From: an uncultured bacterium
Lineage (GTDB): Bacteria; Verrucomicrobiota; Verrucomicrobiia; Limisphaerales; UBA8199
Length of the DNA stretch: 64,000 nucleotides
Direction: 5' to 3'
Assembly (NCBI GenBank): GCA_963749495.1
Contig: CAVVMW010000005.1
Span: 447,495-511,494 of the forward strand
Every line of letters begins with the position of its first letter. Within the stretch, counting starts at the first letter, position 1. The position numbers and the translations under genes are program-made. Below, piece by piece: positions 12,796 to 22,588 of the stretch. Under the pieces are notes generated by a model. That model did no database searches. It was not told the origin of the DNA and worked only from the letters and a program-made list of their open reading frames with translations.

Positions 12796-13594
12796 AATGC
12801 TCGACGTGGTTGGCGTTGCCCAACTGGAGGTTCATTTCCACGAAGTTATGTGGCGCCCAGGGGCCGTTGACATCGAAGGCGAAGTTGTTGTCGAACCGCC
12901 TGGCCGCAGCCAAGACAGCCTCATCGAACTCCTTCAGGCGCTCCCGCTCCACCAGCAAGCTCAGGTTCATCACCTCCTGGACCTGGCGCGGAGGCGAGCG
13001 CTTGATGGCGTCGCAGCACGGGGCCAGCGCCTCTTCGATTTCGCTGAAGTGGGCGTCCCGGTCTTCGGTGAGGAGCTGCTCGAAGAACCGCCCCAATTCG
13101 AGCTTCTCTTCCTGCCGCGGCTCGCGGTTTCCCCCCAGCAAGCGGTCGCGCGCCGCCCGCAGGTCCGCGTGCTGGTCAACGAAATACTCGAAGATGTTGG
13201 GCACGTCCCACACGAGCCGCAGCCCCATCTCGACTTTCCCGGCCACGCGCTCCAGTTGTTCCGAGAAGGCCTCCAGATTCAGCCCGAGCATTCGTTTCAC
13301 CGCTCGGAGATCGCTCGCTATGATCCCAAAGGCCATCGGCAAGACCGTGCTCTGGAGCATGAGCCGCCGCAGGACTTCCTTATGGGCTGCCAGGTGGGAA
13401 CGTTCCGGGCGGATTCTATCGCGGGAACAATCGCTCACCACGGCCGCCACCCGGCCGCAGGTCACACTGTAAACGGTGTGACCGTCAATGCCAGCGACAT
13501 CGTAGCTGCGGTCGTGGCCATTTCCAATGATAGCGTAAAGGTACTTTCCATCCTCTTGAGAGACGTGGTTGGGCATGGCGCGCATAGTTGTCAT
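12782..13594 (-). CDS. gvpF: Gas vesicle protein GvpF/GvpL
   Basis: KYLYAII, HKEVL..TVLPMAFG, GKVEMGL, GPWAPHNFV. Confidence 0.9.
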   Translation of the reverse strand: MTTMRAMPNHVSQEDGKYLYAIIGNGHDRSYDVAGIDGHTVYSVTCGRVAAVVSDCSRDRIRPERSHLAAHKEVLRRLMLQSTVLPMAFGIIASDLRAVKRMLGLNLEAFSEQLERVAGKVEMGLRLVWDVPNIFEYFVDQHADLRAARDRLLGGNREPRQEEKLELGRFFEQLLTEDRDAHFSEIEEALAPCCDAIKRSPPRQVQEVMNLSLLVERERLKEFDEAVLAAARRFDNNFAFDVNGPWAPHNFVEMNLQLGNANHVEHYALH

Positions 13595-13616
13595 GAGTTT
13601 CCTATCCTGGCAGCAC

Positions 13617-13979
13617 TTACACGAGACCTTGTCCCTTGCACGGGAGGCAATAGAAGATCCCCTCTTCGCCCGTCTGTTCGCACTTGGCACAAGCGGCTGC
13701 CTCCGTCCGGATTTGCCCCACCCCGGTGCCTTTGCAGGCCAGACAAGTCAGGTCGCCGTTCTCGCGGCCCAAGCCGCCACAGCGCAGGCAGGTGACCACG
13801 GGAGGGGCGACGTGGATCCGGCCGGCGGGGCCGCAGACCGGACAGCGGCTGGCCGGGCCGTACTTGGGGTCTGCGCCGCGGCCCTGGCAGTAACCGCAGG
13901 CCACTACCCTCACAAAGCGCAGAGGGCGCCGCCTTTTCGCCGCCGGTTCAAGTGGAGACGCAACGCTTGGCATGACCAT
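13617..13979 (-). CDS. Stand-alone DnaJ-type cysteine-rich (CxxCxGxG) zinc-finger protein
   Basis: Six CxxCxxxG motifs (CGYCQGRG, CPVCGPAG, CLRCGGLG, CLACKGTG, CAKCEQTG, CLPCKGQG); start uncertain. Confidence 0.75.
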   Translation of the reverse strand: MVMPSVASPLEPAAKRRRPLRFVRVVACGYCQGRGADPKYGPASRCPVCGPAGRIHVAPPVVTCLRCGGLGRENGDLTCLACKGTGVGQIRTEAAACAKCEQTGEEGIFYCLPCKGQGLV

Positions 13980-14196
13980 ACCTTCCCTTAAGCGATGGGT
14001 CTGCGACGCCGGCTCCACTGTTGGCTGAACCAGCGGCGACGCCTCTCCCGGCAAATCAACCGCTCATACTCGAATCCGATCCGCCCGCGGTCCAAACGAG
14101 CCTGGCGACACCCCGGTGGAGGTTCCCCCGGAGCGAAAGCTCTTGATCTGCCGCCCACTTCGAAGGTGGGCGGCACCCTTCAACGGGAGCATCGCT

Positions 14197-14415
14197 TTAA
14201 GCATAGCTCAGGCCTCCTCGTCCGGCGGGCGCGCCATCTTTCACCCCCGCTTGATCGACGCGCGGCCGCGCCTGCTTGATCGACTTGGGCTTGCCGGCCT
14301 CGAGCTGGATCTCCAAGAGGGCGCCGCAAGCGAAGCACTTGACTTGGCCTGCATAGTCGTCATACGCGTCGTCCAGGTCGAGTTTGTGCCCGCAGGAAAC
14401 ACAGTTAATCTTCAT
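14197..14415 (-). CDS. Small zinc-ribbon protein
   Basis: 72 aa, CVSC...CFAC, co-oriented inside the gvp operon. Confidence 0.75.
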   Translation of the reverse strand: MKINCVSCGHKLDLDDAYDDYAGQVKCFACGALLEIQLEAGKPKSIKQARPRVDQAGVKDGAPAGRGGLSYA

Positions 14416-14469
14416 AGCTTGTCGTGTCTATTGGTGTCTATTGTCGAGGGGTGCTTGCCTGCGCTTTGC

Positions 14470-14794
14470 CTAGTACCTGAAACTTGAACCCGACGACGGG
14501 CCCGGCCCTGCGTGTACTCACGCCGGAGAGGCGCCGCGCGCCGGCCTGGGGCGCGGGAAGTTCTTTGAGCCGGGCGAGAAGCGCGGCTTTTTCCGCGTCA
14601 ATGCGCCGCAGGCGCGCGGTGACGCTTTGCAGGCGAGTGATCAGGTTCCGGCGTTCCGTTTCACGCCGGAAGGTTTCCATCTCCAGGGCGGTAATCGCCA
14701 TGTAGGCCTTATACGGAACGAGGACTTGATCGGGTGTGCGGGCGTGAGTGCGCAGGTCGGTTACGCCACGGATGACTCTGTTTGGAGGGGGCAT
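14470..14794 (-). CDS. GvpV-like coiled-coil protein
   Basis: IRGVTDLRTH...YKAYMAITALEME..RR; follows gvpN; removing one T near 14481 gives the end GFKFRY*; similarity to Serratia GvpV is from memory. Confidence 0.7.
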
Positions 14795-15816
14795 GGGTTG
14801 GATCCTTCCTTGGCTGCGCTGGGGGTTTGCTGGCGAGGGGAGTTGTTTCGCGGGGAAGCGGGTTGGGTGCGCAGACCTTTGAGCAGAGCTTCCTCGACTT
14901 TCTGGGACATGATGGACTGGCCGCCCCGGGTGACCTTCGCGCTTTCGGAACTCAACAAATCGCGGCAGACCCATTGGAAGACGGGCTCATCGGGCCGGGC
15001 GTGAACCGCGCGCAAGGCCAGAACGCGGGCGATGGCGATGCAGGCCCGGATCGTCGGGCGGCTGTTGTTCACGCCGACCTGCCGTAATTCCCGCACCAGG
15101 TCGACAATGATTTCCGCGTCCGCGCGGCCAATGCCGGAGCGGGCGAGGGTGATTCGAATCTCCGTCTCCCGGTCGTAGTGCGCCAACGGGATGGTGATCA
15201 GGCGATCCATCAAGGCATCCTGGGTTTTGTGGACGCCGGCGTACTCCTCCGGGTTGGAGGTGAAAATGGCGCGGAATTCCCGGTGCACGTGCAAGTAGCC
15301 GCCGTTGGAGCGGCGGAGCTTCGGCAAGTTGAGGATCCTTTCGGAAAAGACGCTCAGAAAGGGGTTGTTCGCCTCGGGCCGAGACCGGTTGAACTCATCG
15401 TAGATGAGGGTGTCTCCATTCTGGCAGGCCATCGTCAGCCGGTTCTCCAGCCAGAGGGACTTCATTTCCTCCTCGGTCTTGACCACCGAATGGATGTAGT
15501 TGTCGATGAGGGTGTGCTTCCGGTAACCGCTGTCCTGCCCGACCAGATCGGCGCTGCCGAAATCATCATCCCCATGGATCAAACTCACGGCCCGGCCGAG
15601 TTGCGCCGCCACGTGAAAGGCCAGCGTGGTTTTCCCGGTGCCCGCCGCGCCGGCAAAGTGAACCGGGTAGCCCGCTGCCAGATACGTCAAAGCCCGCCGA
15701 CTGATGTCCTCCACAAACGGCGTGATGACAAAGCCCTCGCTGGGTTCCGGAAGGACCGTTTCCGGTTTCCCATTCGGGTCTTCCCTCAATCGGTGATTCA
15801 AATCGCTGTCATTCAT
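14761..15816 (-). CDS. gvpN: Gas vesicle AAA+ ATPase GvpN
   Basis: GAAGTGKTTLA, NRLTMAC, YDEFNRSRPEANN, TSNPEEYAGVHKTQDALMDRL. Confidence 0.95.
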   Translation of the reverse strand: MNDSDLNHRLREDPNGKPETVLPEPSEGFVITPFVEDISRRALTYLAAGYPVHFAGAAGTGKTTLAFHVAAQLGRAVSLIHGDDDFGSADLVGQDSGYRKHTLIDNYIHSVVKTEEEMKSLWLENRLTMACQNGDTLIYDEFNRSRPEANNPFLSVFSERILNLPKLRRSNGGYLHVHREFRAIFTSNPEEYAGVHKTQDALMDRLITIPLAHYDRETEIRITLARSGIGRADAEIIVDLVRELRQVGVNNSRPTIRACIAIARVLALRAVHARPDEPVFQWVCRDLLSSESAKVTRGGQSIMSQKVEEALLKGLRTQPASPRNNSPRQQTPSAAKEGSNPCPLQTESSVA

Positions 15817-15831
15817 ACCGATACCGAAAAG

Positions 15832-15987
15832 GCAAATGTTCAGGTGGGGACACCTGGGGCAGACCTCCCCCGATGCATCGGGGGTTGCAGGGGCCTCTGG
15901 CCCCGAGCCTCGCAACTGCCAGGGACACGGAGCCGGAAGCTCCGTGAACCGGCAGACCAGAGGTCTGCCCCACACCTGAACCGTTAG
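15832..15987. repeat. Palindromic element (GTTCAGGTG...CACCTGAAC shell, GGGGCAGACCTC arms) between gvpC-like and gvpN
   Basis: Arms tggggcagacctc / gaggtctgcccca; outer gttcaggtg / cacctgaac. Confidence 0.7.
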
Positions 15988-16373
15988 TGTTTTCTCCTTT
16001 TCGCTTTGGCTGCAGGCGCGGGGTCTTTCGGCACAGGGGCGGCTTCAAAGGAAACGGGTGCCGCCCCGCTCCCGGACCAGGCGCGGCGGGCGCCCGCCAG
16101 GTCTCCTTTCACCTCCTCACGGAACTCGGCCACTGTCTGGGTCACTTGGGCAACAGCCTCCTTCACGCCCGAGACGAAGCCGCCAAGTTCAGTCCGCGTC
16201 CTGTCCGCGCTCTCCGCCCGTGCCTGCCGCAGGTCGGTTTGCGCCCGGGATACGCTGTCTTTGAGGTCCGCAGTGCTTTGTGTGAGGTTGCTCCGCAGCA
16301 CCATTCGGCTGTCGCGCGCGGTGGCGATTTCACCGCACAACCGGATCATATCGTTGGTTAAGTTAGTAATCAT
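15984..16373 (-). CDS. Putative GvpC-like outer scaffold protein
   Basis: 129 aa, helical/amphipathic, in the canonical gvpA-gvpC-gvpN slot. Confidence 0.6.
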   Translation of the reverse strand: MITNLTNDMIRLCGEIATARDSRMVLRSNLTQSTADLKDSVSRAQTDLRQARAESADRTRTELGGFVSGVKEAVAQVTQTVAEFREEVKGDLAGARRAWSGSGAAPVSFEAAPVPKDPAPAAKAKRRKH

Positions 16374-16413
16374 GGCTCCACTGCCTTTCCTGCTGGATTT
16401 GGGAATTCGTTAA

Positions 16414-16455
16414 CCTGGCGGGGCGGGAAAGCGGCGGGCTGTCCCGCCCCACAGG
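16414..16455 (-). other. GC-rich stem-loop right after gvpA (mRNA stabiliser or partial terminator)
   Basis: Minus strand cctgtgggcggga...tcccgccccgccagg. Confidence 0.55.
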
Positions 16456-16472
16456 TGATTGTGCTGCCCCAT

Positions 16473-16691
16473 TTAAGCCGGGGCGGCCGCTGTCGCCGTC
16501 AGTCCGATGGCCTCGGCGTACTTGAGGTACGTCTCCACCGATGCGATGACGACGCGGGCTTCAACGGAGACCAACTCGATCCCTACCAGGGAGACCTTGG
16601 CCCAGACATCAATGACGATGCCCTTGTCCAGGATGCGGTCCACCACCTCGGCCAGACTCGATGAGTCAGTTGATTTTGCGATTTTTGCCAT
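16473..16691 (-). CDS. gvpA: Major gas vesicle structural protein GvpA
   Basis: [19 protein letters not shown]...[30 protein letters not shown]. Confidence 0.98.
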   Translation of the reverse strand: MAKIAKSTDSSSLAEVVDRILDKGIVIDVWAKVSLVGIELVSVEARVVIASVETYLKYAEAIGLTATAAAPA

Positions 16692-16780
16692 ATCTGCTTC
16701 GATTGTTTTGTTGCTTTGTTCTTGTCAAGACAGTCCCTTTTGCCAGGAGCTACCTGAGGGTCTGTCACCTCGCTCTCTTA

Positions 16781-16796
16781 AGCCTTCTCCGTGCCA
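16781..16796 (-). promoter_or_regulatory. Putative sigma54 promoter of gvpA
   Basis: TGGCACGGAGAAGGCT: GG-N10-GC spacing, 90 nt upstream of the gvpA ATG. Confidence 0.7.
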
Positions 16797-16924
16797 AAGT
16801 CCCGGCCCAGACGAGAAACCGGCACAGGTTAAGTTGTTCGGGGGGCTTTGGAGGTTCCTGCCCGCTGAGTTTCACGGTTTCCTTCGCGACCATGGCGTCG
16901 GCGCCATGGAACCAATTCCCTGGT

Positions 16925-17856
16925 CTAGGAAGCCCGCCCCCTGCTGAGAGCCTCTCCCAAAATAGAGAGGCTCGCACAATCAGGCTCCGCTTCGAGCGCA
17001 GGACAGAAACTATAGGGCGGCCACGGACCTGACACCGCCAGAGTCAGGCCGGGCAGGCCCTGGCCGGCGTTCAGGCGCTCGACCTGTTCCCGAAACGCGG
17101 CGGCGGCACCCTGCGGCACAAGGAAAGCCCAGTTCAAAACGATTTCCTGGGGCGTCCCGGAAATCTCGCGCGAAGGCGCGTTTCGCTCACACATCTCCGA
17201 GGCCAGCGGGAGCAATTGGGCGAGCGCGGCGCTGCAGGCTCCAGCCAGCCAGTCTGCCAATTGCGCCTTCACCTGGAGGCGCGTCTGCTGCTCCCGCAAG
17301 TACGCCAGCCCGGGCGATGCCGCGGGCGCCGCCTCGTTCTCCGCCAGCACGCGCCGCACGCACTCCTCCTCGGCCCCAGTGCGGTCCAGCGCCCCTTTGA
17401 CCGCCCATTCTTGCCGCCTGCGACGGCCTCCAGAAAACAAGTGATCCTCGAGTGATGGCGTTCGAGGTGCCGCCCCAGGACATCCAAGGAGGAGAACAAG
17501 GTGCCGAACCGGGCCGGCAAGACCCAGCCCAAGGACATGGCCTGTTCCAGCACCGCCTCGTGCCGGCAGACGCGCGGCCCCACCCAGGCGAGGTCTCGAA
17601 AACTGGAGTCGGCCGCCGGTCCGCAAAACTCGTCTCTTGGAACCAGGCTCAGGATCGCCGCCAGGTCTCCGTGGCGCCAACAAAAGGGAGAATGCTCTCC
17701 GTCGATTCCACAACCTCCCAGGATGGTTGTGTGCGCGATGTTCGCCGGCAGGCCGGCAGACTCGCGCAATGGGGCCGCCGTGGCATCGAGCGCAAGGTCA
17801 GATCGCGCCAACCCGTAGAGATAGTAGGCGGTGGTTGGACTTTCATTCACGGCCAT
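16925..17856 (-). CDS. Second GvpF/GvpL-family protein (frameshift about 17415)
   Basis: YYLYGL...HEAVL..VLPARFGTLFSS then EWAVKG...LNWAFLV...SGPWPPYSF in two frames. Confidence 0.85.
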
Positions 17857-20043
17857 GTGAGATTCCATTCAAGGCGGCCGCCAGATCTTCCGCCGTGATG
17901 AGCGCCCTCACCGGGGCTTGCGGCTCCGGCCCCGAGCTGCCCGGGGCAGGGCACTCCGGGGCCGCCGGGTCCGAGGGCCGGCCGCGGGAACGGCTGCCTC
18001 GGCGGCGATCGCCCTGCGGACGGCGCGCAGCGCCGCCACGTTGCAGACCGACGCAATATCGGCCCCGGTGAACGCGGCGGTTTTCGCGGCCAGATCGTCA
18101 ATGCGGATCTCCGGCGCCAGGGGCTTGCCGCGGAGATGGACCTGGAAAATTTCCCGGCGCCCCGCCGCATCGGGCAGCGGAAGCTGCACCACTTCATCGA
18201 ACCGGCCGGGTCGCAGGACCGCCGGGTCCAGACGATCCGGCCGGTTGGTGGCCCCCAGCACCAGCACCCCTTTGAGTTCTTCGATGCCGTCCAGTTCAGC
18301 CAGGAATTGGCTGAGCACCCGGTCGGTCACCGGCGAGTCGGAGGAACCGGAGCCGCGCTCGGGGAGCAGGGAGTCAATCTCATCGAAGAAGATGATGCAG
18401 GGGGCCGCTTGCTTGGCTTTGCGAAACATGTCGCGTAGTTGGCGCTCAGATTCGCCTACGAACTTCGAGAGCAAGGCCGGGCCTTTGACGGAGATGAAAT
18501 TGGCCTGGGTCTCGGTGGCGACGGCCTTGGCCAGGAGTGTTTTGCCGCAGCCCGGAGGGCCGGCCAGCAAGATCCCTTTTGGCGGCCGCACCCCGGCCTG
18601 CGCGAACAGGTGCGGGTACTTGAGCGGCCAATCCACGGCTTCGATAAGTTGCTCTTTCAGGCCGGCCAACCCGCCAACGTCGGTCCAGCGCACGTTGGGC
18701 ACCTCGACAAACACCTCCCGGATGGCAGAGGGTTCGACCTCCTGCATAGCCGCCAGGAAATGCTCCATCTGCACCTCCAACGCGGCCATGCGGTCGTAAG
18801 GGATTTTGGCCAGGGAAAAGTCGATCTCGGCCAGCAGCTCCCGCAGGCAGAGCATGGCCGCCTCCCGGCAGAGCGCCTCCAAGTCCGCGCCGACGAAACC
18901 GTGGGTGATCTCCGCCAGGCGGTTCATATCCACGTCCTGGCCCAGGGGCATGCCGCGGCTGTGAATCTCCAGGATGGCCAGCCGCCCGGTCCGGTCGGGA
19001 ATGGGGATGGTGATCTCGCGGTCAAACCGGCCCGGCCGCCGCAACGCCGGATCCAGGGCGTTGGGGATGTTCGTGGCTCCGATGACAATGACGTTCTGGC
19101 GTTTGGTCAGGCCGTCCATGAGGGCCAGCAGTTGGGCCACCACACGTTTCTCGACCTCGCCCACCACCTGCTCGCGCCGCGGGGCGATGGCGTCGATCTC
19201 GTCCAGGAAAATGATGCTCGGCCCCCGGCGCGCGGCCTCCTCAAAAATCTTGCGCAGGTGCGCTTCGCTCTCGCCGTAGAACTTGTGAATGATCTCCGGC
19301 CCGCTGACCGAGAAGAAATTGGCCTCCGTTTCGTGGGCAATGGCGCGCGCGATCAGGGTCTTGCCGCAGCCGGGCGGGCCGTGGAGCAGCACGCCTTTGG
19401 GGGCCTCGATGCCAAGCCGATCGAACACCTCGGGATGGCGCAGGGGCAGCTCGATCATCTCGCGGACCCGATGGAGCTGGAGCCTCAGCCCCCCAATGTC
19501 TTCGTAGGCGACAGCCATCCGGCCCCGTTCCTTGACTTCGGCTTTGCCGATTTCCAGTTCGGTCGCCGGGTTGATCAGCACCGCCCCGGCGGGCATTGTG
19601 CTTCCCACCTTGAAATCCGCGCAACGGCTCCCAAACAAAGCCACCCTGACCAGATCGCCTTCCTGCACCGGCAAGCCGTCCACCAGGCTGCCAATGTAAT
19701 GCAGGTCTCGCGCATCCGGCACGATCGTCAAGGGCGCCAGCGTAACGCGCTGGGCCGGACGGACGGACGTCTTGCGGACCTGGACAAACTCATCGAGGCC
19801 CGCGCCGGCGTTTTCCCGCGCCAGGCCATCCAATTGGACGCGGGATTGGCCGCGGAGTTCCCTGTAGGCCGGCATCACTTTGCAGATGGTCCTGCGCTTG
19901 CCCGCGATCTCCACGGCATCCCCGATTTCAACCCCGAGCCGGGCCATGTCCTCCGGGCCCATCCGGGCCAGGGCGCGTCCCACGTCTTTTCCCAACGCCT
20001 CGGTGACCTTCAGTTTTAACGAGTTCGGTTCGCCTTTTGCCAT
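17843..20043 (-). CDS. CDC48/VCP-family double AAA ATPase (GvpZ-like); frameshift near 3' end
   Basis: CDC48 N-domain; GPPGCGKT twice; RRPGRFD/RPGRFD; true end ITAEDLAAALNGISHGRE* in another frame. Confidence 0.92.
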
Positions 20044-20065
20044 GACACCCGCCTCCCGGCCGGGG

Positions 20066-20590
20066 CTATTTGAAGCACTTGATCTCCAGCACCCCGTTGT
20101 TGCACGCCAGGCGCATCTTCTGCCGTGGATAGCTGCCGGGCAGCAGGACCTCCTTGCGATATTTCTTCTCCCCCTTGGACGCCGCCAGGGTCAGCACGTC
20201 GCCCTTGACCTCGAGTTGGACATCCTGCGCGCTGATCCCCGGCATCTCCGCCACGATCAGCAGGCAGTCCTTCTCTTCGAAAAGATCCACGACCGGCTCC
20301 CGGATTTCCTGGACCACGGCCCGGCCAGTCTGTTGGTCGGTGCGGATGTTCCCAAACGACTCGACGCGCGGTGTCTGGCCGCCTAAACCAACCTTGACCG
20401 TAAAGCCGTAAATGCCCTTGATCTCCTTGCCGCCGCCGCCGATCTCTCCCTCGCGGCGCAGTTCTTCTCCTGTGTTGGCCAATTCGTTGAGTTTCTCCAC
20501 CAGGCCGGACAAGCCGGACAAAATCCCCCCCAGGTGGTTGGACGCCCCGCCTTGGGGCCGATCCTCGTCGGAGTTCTTCTTATTTTTCAT
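20066..20590 (-). CDS. Hsp20/alpha-crystallin protein (GvpH-like)
   Basis: KGIYGFTVKVGLG...EIREPVVDLFEE...AEMPGI...NNGVLEI. Confidence 0.88.
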   Translation of the reverse strand: MKNKKNSDEDRPQGGASNHLGGILSGLSGLVEKLNELANTGEELRREGEIGGGGKEIKGIYGFTVKVGLGGQTPRVESFGNIRTDQQTGRAVVQEIREPVVDLFEEKDCLLIVAEMPGISAQDVQLEVKGDVLTLAASKGEKKYRKEVLLPGSYPRQKMRLACNNGVLEIKCFK

Positions 20591-22006
20591 GGCTGGTCCG
20601 GTCGTTCGGGTGGATCCCATATTTCTTGAGCTTCGAGGTACAGGGTCTTGTAGTCAATGTGGAGCAGGCGGGCGGCCCTGGCCTTGTTGCCGCCTGTTCG
20701 GCGCAGGGCCTCCAGGAGCGCCTCACGTTCCACGTCTCCAACCGCCCGCTCCACAAGTTCTTTCAGCGACGGCAGCTCGGTCCCATTGGGTGGCGTTTTC
20801 ACACCCATGGCCTTAGCAGGAAGGATGCCGTCGCCGGGGCGCCCAAGGCCAAGGTGCTCTTCCCTCACCTCCTCGTCCGCCAGGAGGACCGCGCGACGGA
20901 TGGTCGAGCGGAGTTGCCGCACGTTCCCCGGCCAGCAATAGGCGACCAGGGCCTGCTCCGCCGATGCCGAGAATCCCCGCACGGTCTTGTTCAATTCACG
21001 GTCGGTTGAATCCAGGAACCGCTTGGCCAGGTACATGATGTCTTCCGGGCGCTCGCGCAAGGGGGGGATTCTCAGCACGAATTCATTCAACCGGTAGAAC
21101 AGGTCCTGACGGAAGCCCCCGGCCGCAACGGAGGCCTCCAAGTCCTCGCTGGCCGCCACCAACAGGCGCAAATCAATCGGGATGGGGCTCGAACCGCCCA
21201 AATGATACACCACCCGTTCCTGGAGAACCCGCAACAGTTTCGCCTGCGAGCCAACCGGCAAGTTGAGAATCTCATCCAGGAACAACGTGCCCCCTTGCGC
21301 CTGCTCCATCTTTCCGCGCCTGGGACCCACCGCGCCGGTAAAAGCCCCGCGTTCATGGCCGAAAAGCTCACCCTCGAGCAGCGTTTCGGGAATGGCCCCG
21401 CAATCCACGGGGACGAACGGGTTTCTGGCCCGCGGACTGGCGAGGTGAATGGCCCGGGCGACCACCTCCTTGCCCGACCCGGTTTCGCCCAGAATGACCA
21501 CGGTGAAATTGGACCTGCTGACGCGGTTGATTTCCACAATCAATTTGCCGACGGCCTCGCTGGCGCCCATGACATCGGTCAGATCGTGGTTTGGGTTGGT
21601 CTGGCGAGAGAGTTGCCTCAACCGGGTGTTGTGCTGGCGCTCGGCCAGGGCCCGCCGGACGATGCGCATGAGATCCTGCGCCTGGAAGGGCTTCTGCAAG
21701 TAATCGTGCGCCGCCCCGCGCATCGCTTCCACCGCGCCGTTTATCCCGGCCTGCCCCGTCATCAACACCACCGGAAGGTCTTGGTCCAAATCCTTGAGCT
21801 GCCGCAACAAGTCCAATCCATCCACATCGGGCAGGACCTTGTCCGCAAGGACCACCTCGGGCGACTCGAGCCGGACTTTTTGCACAGCCGTCTTGCCGTC
21901 GTAAGCCTGCAACGGAATCAGCCCTTCCTTCTCGAGCAGGCGGGCGGTTATCTGGCAGAACTCCTGCTCGTCATCCACGACAAGAATCCGGCTGGCTTCC
22001 ATGGTC
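20587..22006 (-). CDS. NtrC-family sigma54 activator, copy A (GvrA-like); extra G near 20637 shifts the last residues
   Basis: REC + GETGSGKE + GAFTGA + WPGNVRQL + GNKARAARLL HTH. Confidence 0.92.
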
Positions 22007-22152
22007 ATCGCTTCTGCTCCTCCGTGTTCAAGGGCGGGAAAACCGGGCAAGCGACGCGAATGTCCTTGGCCAGGCACCCTTCAAGAGAATGGAGCATCCC
22101 CAAAAACAGGAGGCCCGTCTCGCCCGCCCCCAGTGTGAGGTCAATGCGTTCC
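22005..22152 (-). pseudogene. 3' remnant of the gvpY-like gene (intact at 29932-30654)
   Basis: ERIDLTLGAGETGLLFLGMLHSL... near-identical to the C-terminus of ORF 29932..30654; homology stops at 22152. Confidence 0.8.
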
Positions 22153-22277
22153 GGAGGTGGTTGGCGCCGAGTTTGGCAACGCGAGCTGCTTTCTCTAACC
22201 AGAGCCTCTCTTCGTCCAGGCGCTGCGAGCGAAGGTGACTCGTTGTTCGCGGTTTGCATTTCGGTGGTCATTGCCAC

Positions 22278-22293
22278 AGCACGAAGGATGCCA
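22278..22293 (-). promoter_or_regulatory. Putative sigma54 promoter upstream of activator copy A
   Basis: TGGCATCCTTCGTGCT, GG-N10-GC with TGC at -12. Confidence 0.65.
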
Positions 22294-22487
22294 CCAGTTG
22301 AGCCGCGCTCTCCGGATGTGTCTCGGCCTGCAAGACACGGCCCGTCGCCCTGCGCAATTCATCTTCGTTATCCACCAGAAATACTCTGGCACCCTCGAGG
22401 CTCGAGCATCGCGCACGCGTTACGCAGGGGCAATCGGAGGGATTCCCTACGTTGGCGATGGAAAAATCTCTGGGAAAACGCCTTAGG

Positions 22488-22583
22488 GGTGACGCGTGAC
22501 GGGTGACGGCGGAGGTGACGGGTGACGGGTGAGGAGCAACGCGAGGTTCCGTCACCCGTCGCCGTCACCCCTCACCCGTCACC
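22488..22583. repeat. Inverted heptamer tandem repeats (GTGACGG)n...(CCGTCAC)n
   Basis: Direct reading; forms a long imperfect hairpin after the LuxR gene. Confidence 0.75.
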
Positions 22584-22588
22584 TGCCC

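Noticed and set aside
16700..16780. gvpA leader as a c-di-GMP riboswitch (GGCAAA seen)
   Set aside because: Only one hairpin; the tetraloop/receptor second stem is not evident
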